From NCBI GenBank assembly GCA_010909165.1, contig VJWM01000016.1, positions 124,001 through 188,000 of the forward strand: a DNA stretch of 64,000 bases, written 5' to 3'. Source of the DNA: Anthoceros angustus (Eukaryota; Plantae; Anthocerotophyta). The notes beneath the pieces are model-generated. The model was not told the origin of the DNA. It ran no database searches and saw nothing but the letters and a program-made list of their open reading frames with translations. Shown piece by piece: positions 12,435 through 23,284 of the stretch (positions within the stretch are counted from its first letter, which is position 1; every line of letters starts with the position of its first letter). Both the position numbers and the translations under genes were made by a program.

Positions 12435-15242
12435 TCATGCCCTTGTTCTCTGATTTGTGTATGAAGTTGCCTTCCCCATCTCCAATGCCAGGGTGCCCAA
12501 ACCTGCACATGCCTGCAGGAGGCACACAAATGTCACACAATTCGGTACAGCCATGCCCTCTTCTTGCATAACACTGTAGAGACGAAGGGCTTCTTGGCCT
12601 CTGCCCTGCTGGGTATACCCTGAAATTAGAGCAGTCCAAGTCACCACATCTTTTTGATCAAGTACATCAAACACATTTTGCGCATCTTCCAAGCTGCCAC
12701 ACTTTGCATACATATCCACCAAACTGCTGGCTACACGTATGTCAGCTTCATGCCCTTGTTCTCTAATCTGGGTATGAAAATGCTTCCCCATTTCCAAAGC
12801 TGAGTTGCCTACAGCAGCACAGGCCTGCAGGAGGCACACAAATGTCACGGAATTGGTTACAGACAAGCCCGCTCCTAGCATAGCAGTGTAGAGGCCAAGG
12901 GCTTCCTGGCCCATGCCTTGCTGGGAATACCCTGCAATCAGAGCAGTCCACGTCACCACATCTTTTTCACCGAGTCCATCGAACACTCTCTGAGCATCTT
13001 CCAAGCTGCCACACTTTGCATACATATTCAACAGACTGTTTGCTACAAACATATCAACTTGATGTCCTTGTTCACTAGCTTGCGCATGAAGCTGCTTCCC
13101 CATATCCAAAGCTTGGGTGCCCACACTTGCACATGCCTGGAAGAGGCACACAAATGTCACACAATTCGGTACAGCCATGCCCTCTTCTTGCATAACACTG
13201 TAGAGACGAAGGGCTTCCTGACCCATGCCTTGCTGGGAATACCCTGCAATCAGAGCAGTCCACGTCACCACATCTTTTTCACCGAGTCCATCGAACACTC
13301 TCTGAGCATCTTCCAAGCTGCCACACTTTGCATACATGTTTACTAAACTGCTGGCTAAAAACACATTGGCTAGGTGTCCTCGTTCTCTGATTTGTGTATG
13401 AAGTTGCCTTCCCATCTCCAATGCCAGGGTGCCCAAACCTGCACATGCCTGCAAGAGGCACCCAAATGTAGCAGAATTTGGTACAGAAATGCCATCTTCT
13501 TGCATGGCCTTGTAAAGTCCAAGGGCTTCCTGTCCCATGCCTTGCTGAGAATACTGTGTCATCATCACATTCCACGTTTCCACAGTTTTTTGACCAAGTC
13601 CGGCAAACACTCGTTCAGCTTCTTCAAAGCTACCACACTTTGCATACATGTATATCAAACTGTTGGCTAGAAACGCATCAACATGCAGCCGTTGTTCCCT
13701 AATATGTGTATGAAGTTGTCTCCCGTTCGCCAACGCAGGGGTGCCTACACTCGCACATGCCTGGAGCAGGCAGACAAATGTCACAGAATCTGGCACATTC
13801 ACGCCATCCGCAAGCATAACAGTATAAAGACGAAGGGCTTCCTGACCCATGCCGTGCTGGGAATACCCTGCAATTAGAGCAGTCCACGTCACCACATCCT
13901 TTTGATGTTGACCAAGCCTGTCAAACACTCTTTGAGCGTCTTCCAAGCTGCCACACTTTGCATACATGTTCACCAAACTGTTAGCTAAAAACACATCAGC
14001 CTCACCTCCTCTTTCTCTAATTTGTGAGTGGATCTGCTTCCCCTTTTCCAACGCAGGGATGCCCACACTTGCACATGCCTGCAGTAGGCACCCAAATGTC
14101 ACGGAATTGGGCACAGCAACACGTTCCTCTTGCATGACAGTGTACAAGCGAAGGGCTTCCTCTCCCATGCCCTGTTGGGAATACCCAGCAATGAGAGCAG
14201 TCCACGTCACAACATCCTTTTGGCCAAGTCCATCAAACAGCCTCTGAGCATCGTCTAGGCTTCTACACTTTACATACATGTCCACCAAGCAATTACAGAC
14301 GATTAAATGAGGCTCAACGCCAGTTGCCAACACATCCACATGCACCTGCTGCCCGGTTTTCAAGTCCGATCCCCTTGCACAAGCCTGAAGTACTGCCACA
14401 AATACATGGCCATCTGGTTTCACACTTGACCTGCGCATCCGATGATACAGCTGTATGGCCTGCTTGTCTTGTCCGTGTTTCGCATGCGCAGAAATTATTG
14501 ACGACCACATGAAGGCATCTGGTTCGGAAACTACGGTGAACACATCCATCGCGTCTTGCAACCTGCCTTGAGAAGCATACATCCGGAGGATGTGGTTGCA
14601 CAGGAACGTATCCGACTGATACCCCTCTTTCACCAAAAATGCATGGACGCGCCGACCCAGAGCAATATCTTTCTTGCCCACACAACTCTTTAGCACAGTA
14701 TAGAGCAAAGATTTCGAAATGCAATGGCCTGTCTGCACGAGAACACCCAACGCCTCAACCGCCCCAGCAACATGGCCCTGATCACACAGCTTCCTCACGG
14801 TTTCAGCACTTACAACCCTTCTAACATCAGGATCGTCCCCAGACCTCCTGTTCGGTTTTGAGGCAGGAAAATCCATCTCCGTAAGCTGCGCATTCACCCA
14901 AGTTGGCTTGTTATCATCGTCCAGCCAGAGGACGTCCCGGGACTGCCTCGAACGGTCGCACATCTTGTCTTGCATCTTCCCCCAGGAGCCTGGTTGCTTG
15001 CCAAAGCAGTCCTCTGGCTCCTCGGAGTCCGGTGCGCAGGAGCTCTTCGTGGAATACCTGTCAACGGGCTGCAGACAGCCATGGCCTGCGGATGCAAGAG
15101 GCCGGTGTGCACGAGCTAGACACGAACGCAGAGGAACTTGTGCCCCAGGTGAGAACAGCCATGAATAACACCACCTGGATGAGCACAATTGATTGACAAT
15201 GAGAAGACCACCACGAAACCAGAGTAGGCGCCTGCAAATCAT
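12435..15242 (-). CDS. PLS-class PPR RNA-editing factor A (transit peptide, degenerate PDF motif, long P-LL-S array; continues through frameshifts downstream)
   Basis: First ATG at 15242 (MICRRLLWFRGG, Arg/Ser-rich, presequence-like). Repeated VVTWTALIAGYSQQGMG / SVTFVCLLQACASVG / VFVANSLVNMYAKCGS motifs; intronless. Confidence 0.93.
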   Translation of the reverse strand: MICRRLLWFRGGLLIVNQLCSSRWCYSWLFSPGAQVPLRSCLARAHRPLASAGHGCLQPVDRYSTKSSCAPDSEEPEDCFGKQPGSWGKMQDKMCDRSRQSRDVLWLDDDNKPTWVNAQLTEMDFPASKPNRRSGDDPDVRRVVSAETVRKLCDQGHVAGAVEALGVLVQTGHCISKSLLYTVLKSCVGKKDIALGRRVHAFLVKEGYQSDTFLCNHILRMYASQGRLQDAMDVFTVVSEPDAFMWSSIISAHAKHGQDKQAIQLYHRMRRSSVKPDGHVFVAVLQACARGSDLKTGQQVHVDVLATGVEPHLIVCNCLVDMYVKCRSLDDAQRLFDGLGQKDVVTWTALIAGYSQQGMGEEALRLYTVMQEERVAVPNSVTFGCLLQACASVGIPALEKGKQIHSQIRERGGEADVFLANSLVNMYAKCGSLEDAQRVFDRLGQHQKDVVTWTALIAGYSQHGMGQEALRLYTVMLADGVNVPDSVTFVCLLQACASVGTPALANGRQLHTHIREQRLHVDAFLANSLIYMYAKCGSFEEAERVFAGLGQKTVETWNVMMTQYSQQGMGQEALGLYKAMQEDGISVPNSATFGCLLQACAGLGTLALEMGRQLHTQIRERGHLANVFLASSLVNMYAKCGSLEDAQRVFDGLGEKDVVTWTALIAGYSQQGMGQEALRLYSVMQEEGMAVPNCVTFVCLFQACASVGTQALDMGKQLHAQASEQGHQVDMFVANSLLNMYAKCGSLEDAQRVFDGLGEKDVVTWTALIAGYSQQGMGQEALGLYTAMLGAGLSVTNSVTFVCLLQACAAVGNSALEMGKHFHTQIREQGHEADIRVASSLVDMYAKCGSLEDAQNVFDVLDQKDVVTWTALISGYTQQGRGQEALRLYSVMQEEGMAVPNCVTFVCLLQACAGLGTLALEMGKATSYTNQRTRA

Positions 15243-16148
15243 TTCACTTCGGACAGTGGGATGATACCCACCACCATGTGGTTGCCACAATTCACCTCCA
15301 ACATGGTACAGAGTCGAGGCTTGAAAACACAAGGTAAGAGTTCAAATGTGTAGCCATGGCCTCCTACCTGTTTTCCTCCTCCCAAGAGAGGACAACTGGC
15401 TATGGAATCGTGACTAACAGGAACCATGATAAAATCAAACCGACGATCACTACACCTGGAAAGCTTGTCAACGTCAGTGAAATGCATGCCATGTGCCTGT
15501 CGTCGGGACATAATTTCCATTCGGCAGTCGGTGTAGGCTGCCGAACCAGGTGGCAGCTGCGATGAAGGCATTGAGCGAAGCCCTTCAGCAATTGAATCGA
15601 TCTGGATTATGCAACTTCATGGCATCCTACCTGCAAGCAAGGAAATGCATTCCCATCTTGCCCACCGCTAGCTCAGCCTCCAGTGTGGAAGGCAGCTTGC
15701 GTCGAGACTACCTGTAGAACCACAATCACGAGGAACGTATACTGGCCGTAGTTGGCTCCTCGGAGGGACAAAAGCTTGGGCATCCGGACAGTGCAAAATT
15801 CTTCCGTGGTCGTCAAAGCCAGTATACTATATAGAATATATAAATCAAGATAAACAAGAATGGAACTTTACGTCAGGGTTTCGATCCTTCGTGGAAGGAC
15901 AGTACACAGGCGCTCTGCTCAGTCCTTGCGCCGATCCCGGGGTCATCGGTCCCTTTTTGTGTGTACATATCCTGGTTTGATGCTGTCTCAGCTCATCAAA
16001 TTTGGAGGCCAGAGTAGGCTTCGGCAAATGAGTTCGTTTCAGAGGTGGACCTCTGCAATGAACTTAAGTGCCGAAATCTAGTCTGGCCTGAGCATGAGCT
16101 TGGAGGATCTACCTTCAAGGCCGGAGAGATGATTCTCCTTGTATCTTG

Positions 16149-19100
16149 CTACTCGTCCCCAACCAAAAAGCTATGCACCAATCCGTCCTTGTCTGTCCAC
16201 CAACTCTGACCTGGCTGCTGCTTCCATGCCTTGATTCTTTTTCTCCTTACCTGCATCTCCTCTGCCTGGTCCCACATCTGGGCACTGGTGTACACGTTGG
16301 ACATGAGCACATATGCTGAGGCATCTGTCTTCTCAAGCTTCACTGCTTCACTAAAAGCATGCCGTCCCACTTCCACATTGCTCCACTTTCGACAGGCACT
16401 CAACAGGGTGTGCCAAACTGCTGCATCAGCCGGTACAGGCATTGATCTTATCAAAGCCAGTGCCTCATCCAAATGTCCTGCTCGGCCCAGGAGATCCACC
16501 ATGCATGTGTAATGGTCCTCAGTGGGAGTGATGCCGTACTCTGCGCTCATAGCCTCGAAGTCTTGCCACCCCCTCTTCACTAGACCCGCATGACTACATA
16601 CTGTTAGTACACTAAGGAATGTAATGCCGTCTGGCGGTATACCATCCTCTTTCATTTTCTGGACCAAGTCAAAGACTACTTCACTGTCTCCTTTACATGC
16701 GTAGCCCGCAATTAGGGCATTCCAAGTGACAACATTTCTTTCGGTCAACGCATCAAACACCTCCTGTGCATCAACCATGCTCCCGGACTTTCCATACATG
16801 TTTATCAAACTCCCAGCAACAAACACATCGGTTTGAAGCCCTTGTTCTACAATCTGTGCATGCAGCTGCCTTCCCAGATCCACACCTGCCACGTTTGCAC
16901 ATGCCTGGAGCAGACAGACAAATGTCATGGAATCGGGCACAGCCATGCCCTCGTTTAACATGGCACCGTAGAGACGGAGGGCCTCCTGCCCCATGCCCTG
17001 CTGGGAATATCCTGCTATCAGGGCAGTCCACGTCACAACACTCTTCTGATCAAGTCCATTGAAAACTTTCTGAGCATCCTCAAGGCTGCCACACTTTGCA
17101 TACATGTTCACTAAACTGCTGGCTACAGACCCATCAGCTTCGTATCCTTGTTCTCTGATCTGTGTGTGCAACTGCCTGCCCTTCGCCAAAGCTGAGGTGC
17201 CCACACTTGCACATGCCTGCAAGAGGCACAGAAATGTGACACAATCCGGTACAGTGATGTCTTCTTCTTGCATAGCGCTGTAGAGACCAAGGGCTTCCTC
17301 TCCCATGCCTTGCTGGGAATACGCTGCTATCATGGCATTCCACGTTACCACATTCTTTTTAGCAAGTCTGTCAAACACACTGTGAGCATCTTCCAAGCTG
17401 CCACACTTTGAGTACATGTTCACCAAACTGCTGGCTACAAACACATCAGCATCGAGTGCCAGTTCTCCAATATGCCTATGAAGTTGTTTCCCCTCTGCCA
17501 AAGCATTGGTTCCCACACTTGCACATGCCTGCAAGAGGCACACAAATGTTACAGAATCAGGTACAGCAATGCCGCTTTCTTGCATGGCTGTATAAAGACG
17601 AAGGGCTTCCTGTCCCTGGCCCTGCTGGGCATACCCTGCTATCATGGCAGTACATGTCACCACGTTTTTTTGACCGAGTCCATCAAACACCTCCTGAGCA
17701 TCTTCTAGGCTGCCACACTTTGCATACATGTTCACCAAACTGTTGGCTACAAACACATCAGCTTCAAGTCCTTGTTCTTTAATTTGTGCATGAAGTTGCT
17801 TTCCCTTTCCCAAGGCTGGGGTGCCCACACTTGCACATGCTTGCAGGAGGCAAACAAATGTCACGGAATTGGATGCAGACATGCCTTCCTCTTGCATAGC
17901 ATTGTACAGTCGGAGGGCTTCCTGGCCCATGCCATGCTGGGAATATCCTGCTATCATAGCAGTCCACGTCACCTCATTCTTTTGACCAAGTCCATGAAAC
18001 ACTCTTTGAGCATCTTCCAAACTGTGACACTTTGCATACATGTTCACCAAACTGCTGGCTACAAACACATCCGCTTCATGTCCTCGTTCTTTGATCTGCA
18101 TATGAAGCTCCTTCCCTTTCTCCAATGCTGCAGCTCCCACACTTGCACATGCCTGCAGGAGGCACACAAATGTTACAGAATCAGGTACAGCGATGCCTTC
18201 TTCTTGCATACCACTGTAGAGTCGAAGGGCTTCCTGCCCCATGCCTTGCTGGGAATACGCTGCTATCATGGCATTCCACGTTACCACATTCTTTTAGCAA
18301 GTCTGTCAAACACACTGTGAGCATCTTCCAAGCTGCCACACTTTGAGTACATGTTCACCAAACTGCTGGCTACAAACACATCAGCATCGAGTGCCAGTTC
18401 TCCAATATGCCTATGAAGTTGTTTCCCTCTGCCAAAGCATTGGTTCCCACTTGCACATGCCTGCAAGAGGCACACAAATGTTACAGAATCAGGTACAGCA
18501 ATGCCGCTTTCTTGCATGGCTGTATAAAGACGAAGGGCTTCCTGTCCCTGGCCCTGCTGGGCATACCCTGCTATCATGGCAGTACATGTCACCACGTTTT
18601 TTTGACCGAGTCCATCAAACACCTCCTGAGCATCTTCTAGGCTGCCACACTTTGCATACATGTTCACCAAACTGTTGGCTACAAACACATCAGCTTCAAG
18701 TCCTTGTTCTTTAATTTGTGCATGAAGTTGCTTTCCCTTTCCCAAGGCTGGGTGCCCACATGCTTGCAGGAGGCAAACAAATGTCACGGAATTGGATGCA
18801 GACATGCCTTCCTCTTGCATAGCATTGTACAGTCGGAGGGCTTCCTGGCCCATGCCATGCTGGGAATATCCTGCTATCATAGCAGTCCACGTCACCTCAT
18901 TCTTTTGACCAAGTCCATGAAACACTCTTTGAGCATCTTCCAAACTGTGACACTTTGCATACATGTTCACCAAACTGCTGGCTACAAACACATCCGCTTC
19001 ATGTCCTCGTTCTTTGATCTGCATATGAAGCTCCTTCCCTTTCTCCAATGCTGCAGCTCCCACACTTGCACATGCCTGCAGGAGGCACACAAATGTTACA

Positions 19101-20503
19101 GAATCAGGTACAGCGATGCCTTCTTCTTGCATACCACTGTAGAGTCGAAGGGCTTCCTGCCCCATGCCCTCCTTGGAATACCCTGCTATCATGGCATTCC
19201 ACATCACCACATCTTTCTGACCAAGTCTATCAAACACTCTCTGAGCGTCTTGCAAGCTGCCACACTTTGCATACATGTTCACCAAACTGCTGGCTACAAA
19301 CACGTCATGTTCATGTCCTCCTTCTCTGATCTGCGCATGAAGCTGCCTCCCTTTTTCCAAAGCTAGGGTACCCACACTTGCACATGCCTGGAGAAGGGAC
19401 ACAAAAGTGACGGAATTCGGCACCGCCATGCCTTCTTCTAGCATGGCACTGTGAAGCCGAAGGGCCTCCTGCCCTCTACCCTTCTGCGAATACCCTGCCA
19501 TCATGGCATTCCAAGTCACCACATCTTTCTCACCAAGCCCATCAAACACTCTCTGGGCGTCCTCCAAGCTGCCACACTTCGCATACATATCCACCAGGCC
19601 GCTACAAATAAACACGTTAGGCTCAACCCCACTAGCCAACACATCAGCATGCACCCGCTGTCCGGCCTTCAAGTCCGACCCCCTTGCGCAAGCCTGAAGA
19701 GCTGCCACAAACACATGACCGTCCGGCTTCACACCAGACCTCCGCATCCGACAATACAGCTCTATGGCCTGCTTGTCTTGCCTCTGTCTGACATGCGCTG
19801 AAATTACCGCAGACCACGTAAAGGCATCCGGATTCTCAATGCCCTCAAACACATCCATCGCGTCTTGCAACCTGCCACGAGAAGCATACATCCGCAGAAT
19901 GTGGAACCCCAGGATGGTGTCCCCCTGATGCCCCCGTTCCACCACCAAAGCATGCACCCGGCTCCCCAGCCCAACATCCTTCTTGGCCACACATTTCTTC
20001 AGCACATTGGTAAAGAGAGACTTGGAGACACCACGGTCCGTCCGCACCAGAACCTCCAGAGCCTCAACAGCTTCAACAAGACGGCCATCACGACACAGCT
20101 TGCTCACGGTCTCCGCCGTCACACCTGCACCCTGCATCCGCCCCGCCTTGACATCCAGAGCAGCAAGCTGCGAATCCACCCAAGCTGGCTTGGAGCAGTA
20201 GTGCAGGGAGAGGACGTCCTGGGAATGCCTGTGCCGGGAGTCAGGCGAGCCAAGGCTCGCCATACCCCGCCTGTCATCCCACCAAAGTGATGGGTTGTGA
20301 AAAAATTGCCGCCACAGGGTGTCCTGGCCCTGGCGGAGACCCTGGCAGGCGGGTCCGTCTCCATCCAGACCTGTTCTTGCACAGTCTATCTGTGTCACAA
20401 AGTTGCTGCATCTCCCGACTTGGTTGTGCGCCAAGGACTGCTGGTTCCTGGAGGCCAGGCGAGCCGACGCTCGTTCCACAATGCCCGTTAACCTTCCAAC
20501 CAT
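16149..20503 (-). CDS. PLS-E PPR RNA-editing factor B with N-terminal OSB-like PDF motif and truncated WW-type C-terminus
   Basis: ATG at 20503 (MVGRLTGIVERASARL). ORFs 18281-20563 and 16149-18287 are joined by a 1-bp homopolymer shift at ~18290. Ends E1-E2-PGQSWWTDKDGLVHSFLVGDE*. Confidence 0.93.
17303..19168. repeat. Internal tandem duplication of three PLS triplets (~936 bp x2) in PPR B
   Basis: ACGCTGCTATCATGGCATTCCACGTTACC at 17321 and 18257 (offset 936 = 3 x 312). The second copy differs mainly by small deletions. Confidence 0.85.
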
Positions 20504-20708
20504 GGTTCGCAGGAGCACTCCATCTGGCAGAGCGTGAAAGGGAGCCCACCTGGGCGACCTCAACAGTCACAAATTCGAAACCATATTGACGAGACTTAGA
20601 GTTGAAGCACTTCGTCTCTCGATTTGGGTGGAGCGGTGCAGGCACGTGAAATGTCGGCCCCGGGTGCGGTGCTTGTTCAGTCTTTGAGGCATTTTCTTGT
20701 GAGCGCCA
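20504..20708. promoter_or_regulatory. Putative bidirectional promoter between divergent PPR B and MYND gene
   Basis: Only 205 bp separate the two inferred ATGs. The same arrangement recurs at ~27465-27661. Confidence 0.5.
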
Positions 20709-23241
20709 ATGGATTGCACAAATACTTCGTGGGGGGATCTTCTGTACTCCCATTCCATGAAGATGGCCAACCTCAAGAAAACAGCAGTTCCGTTGATGGA
20801 CTTGACAGACTTGTCAGATGTAATTGAGCCGCTTCCAGCACGCTCCAAGATCAAATCTCTGGTGGCGGAGTGTGAGAGGCGTTTTCCTCAGCTGGCTGCG
20901 GAATTAGCCGGAGAGTTCGAGGATGCGGCTGACACTGCCCATGATGATCCAGAGGCAGATTCAAGCGCAGCTTCCCGGCACCCTCTTTATCCGCTGCAGG
21001 CTCGGTGTCAACGCACCGAGAGGATCCTGCTCTCCATAGCGAGGCTCTGCTTGTCGCAAGGGATATACCCGGCCATCTTCTTCTCGGAGTTCCTCAACCA
21101 CCTCCGCGCTACGGGCAAAGGCGTCCGTTACGGATCGGGCGTGTTTCTGGAGTCACCGGGGAGACTACCCTGTGCAAACCTGAGTCCGCAGTACAGCAAG
21201 TGTTGCCGGAAGCCAGCGCAGATTCCGTGCCCTGGTTGTGAGCTGGTTGCATATTGCAGTGCGGAGTGCTGGAAAGCGCACTGGGATCTGGTGCATAAAT
21301 TTGACTGCGCAAGAGCTATGCAGGACCCTCTCTCGCGTGAGAATCTGAGGAAGGAGGCAATTTCCAAAAGCATTATGGTTCGCGTCAGAACGTCACATTC
21401 TGCACCCGCGGTTCTCTGGGATCGCGTCCCTGCCTTTGGAGTACTGGGAGGTGTTGGAGGTACTCCTCTGCCAAGCCCTTTTCGGGTACTCCTCATGGAC
21501 TCCGTTGATCTGAACAACTTCATCGAAACTCTCCACCAGCTTGATATAGGGTGTGTGGGGGAAGCACAGATCTTTGTCCAAACGCCTAATGGCCAGGCCC
21601 TTGCACGGAACCTGATCTTATGCTCCCTACTTCTGAGAATGGCATCTGGTGAGCTTGACGACAGTGCCGTGGATGCAGTGATTGCCATATGGTACTCTGC
21701 AGACTTGACTCCGAGCCAGTACCTGCTTCTCATGGACACCATCGTTCAGCTTCTAAACACGACTCCTAACACCATACCTTGCCACAACTTTCCACCGACA
21801 CCATCCATGTTCCAACCGCACCGTCACATGCTGGACATACAAGCCGACATGGTGAAGCTCACCCGCAAATACGGCAAAGAGGATCTATTATTATTTGGCA
21901 CTATGAAGCAGATTCTATGCTCGGGTTCCAGCATGTCTGTCAGGATGCATGGGCTTGTGTTGTATAAGTACTTGACACAGATGGGACTTTCAAGCTGGGA
22001 ACCTGACGGTGCAACTCGGGAAGGGGGTTTCGGAATTCATGACCGTCTGGATGGAATCGATGCGTTTCTGCTGGGGGCACATTACTCTGCACTGGAAATG
22101 TTTGGTGAGTCGGGGCTGCTTCTGCCGTTTGCAGCTCAATTCTACGGTAACCACCATTGCCTCCCCAACCCAACTCTGGTGTCAGCCATTGACAACCCAC
22201 GTGTTGGCTGGTCAGCCGTAGCGGGGCGGCTTGAACCTCTATGTGGTTGGCCTATCCACCACGTAATGGACCAGGTATGCTTCCACGTCCAGGCTTGAGA
22301 TGTCTACAATTGCCATCTTACCTTCAACGGAGTGCAACAGGGTGCTGAAGCTGCTATGCAGTCCTAACAAGTGGAAATTGTGCAACCTCTAGGTCACGAG
22401 CAACGATATTCTTGGCAGCAGGCGTCATGGTGTTCCCGGCAACGACCTCTACGGAAGTTTGTTCTTCCACATTCGAGACCGCATTCTATCTGCTGTTGCG
22501 AAGATTAGGGCAGGCAAGATAGCATTTCATTTCTCCGATCACCAAAGCCGTGTTCAGTGTCTCAACGACTTGATTACAGAGGGGCCCGGCACAGGGTCTA
22601 TTCATATCGCGCGGGCAGATTTCACGACCTTTGAAGACGTCGGCCAAAGCTCCAGTATACCCAAAGAGACCACCTTACTAGAGAACCCCTAATGCACCAG
22701 GTGTTAGTTGACGGCGGTGCAGTGATAATGCTGACCAAACCCACTAATTTTTCGACAAGGAACTTGAAGGCTGCCGATTCGCAGTTTCGAAAATTCATGT
22801 TAAAGTTCCGTCCGACAAGTTTGCAATGAAGCTGTTCAAGCTCGCCACGTCCAACGAAAAGGGCAGGGATCTCATCGCTGAGCTACTTCTTCCTCAGGAT
22901 GCCTACATGAAGGAGAAGATGATGGAGCTTCAAAAGGTGCGCGAAGTGTGGGAGTTGCAGACTGTCCCTTCTCCGCCAGCCTACCAGCCATTCATGATCT
23001 ACAGAACGCCTCTTCCTACAGCAATGCCGAAACCTGCCAAAATGTCCTCGAGCGAGGAGAAGGCCAACACGGTGGCTAAAGCCGCTGAGAAGGCCGCTGA
23101 ACCGGACGAAGAACCGAAGCAAGTGTGGCAGGGGATGCTCGCTAAAATCAGCACAGCCGAGGAGTGCTACATGCAAGTTATGCTCACACTTCTTGAACAT
23201 TGCGAAATGTTCCTGGAGGTTAGGAAAAGGCGTCCATCTAG
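20709..23241 (+). CDS. MYND zinc-finger + DUF4470-like (methyltransferase-fold) protein, copy 1, 2 exons
   Basis: MYND motif CCRKPAQIPCPGCELVAYCSAECWKAHWDLVHKFDC, followed by LWDRVPA, DLNNFIETL, ARNLILC, IAIWYSA, GLLLPFA, PNPTL, EPLCGW. Phase-0 intron 22275-22392 (CCTAAC branch site) gives VTSNDILGSRRHGVPGNDLYGSLFFHIR. Homopolymer shifts at ~22690, ~22808 and ~23228 are absent in copy 2 (ends RKKASI*). Confidence 0.8.
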
Positions 23242-23284
23242 TCCTACCTACATTGACAAGTGATTGCCCGGAGCGGATGATAGG

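Noticed and set aside
15845-16148. Cryptic DYW domain downstream of the PPR B stop
   Set aside because: No HxE, CxxC or DYW-like residues recognised in the continuation.
8978-19560. Regular 312-bp periodicity as a CRISPR-like or non-coding array
   Set aside because: Fully explained by PPR codon repeats; no repeat-spacer structure, eukaryotic context.
17772-19801. Plus-strand His/Leu-rich ORFs
   Set aside because: Antisense shadows of the PPR repeats.
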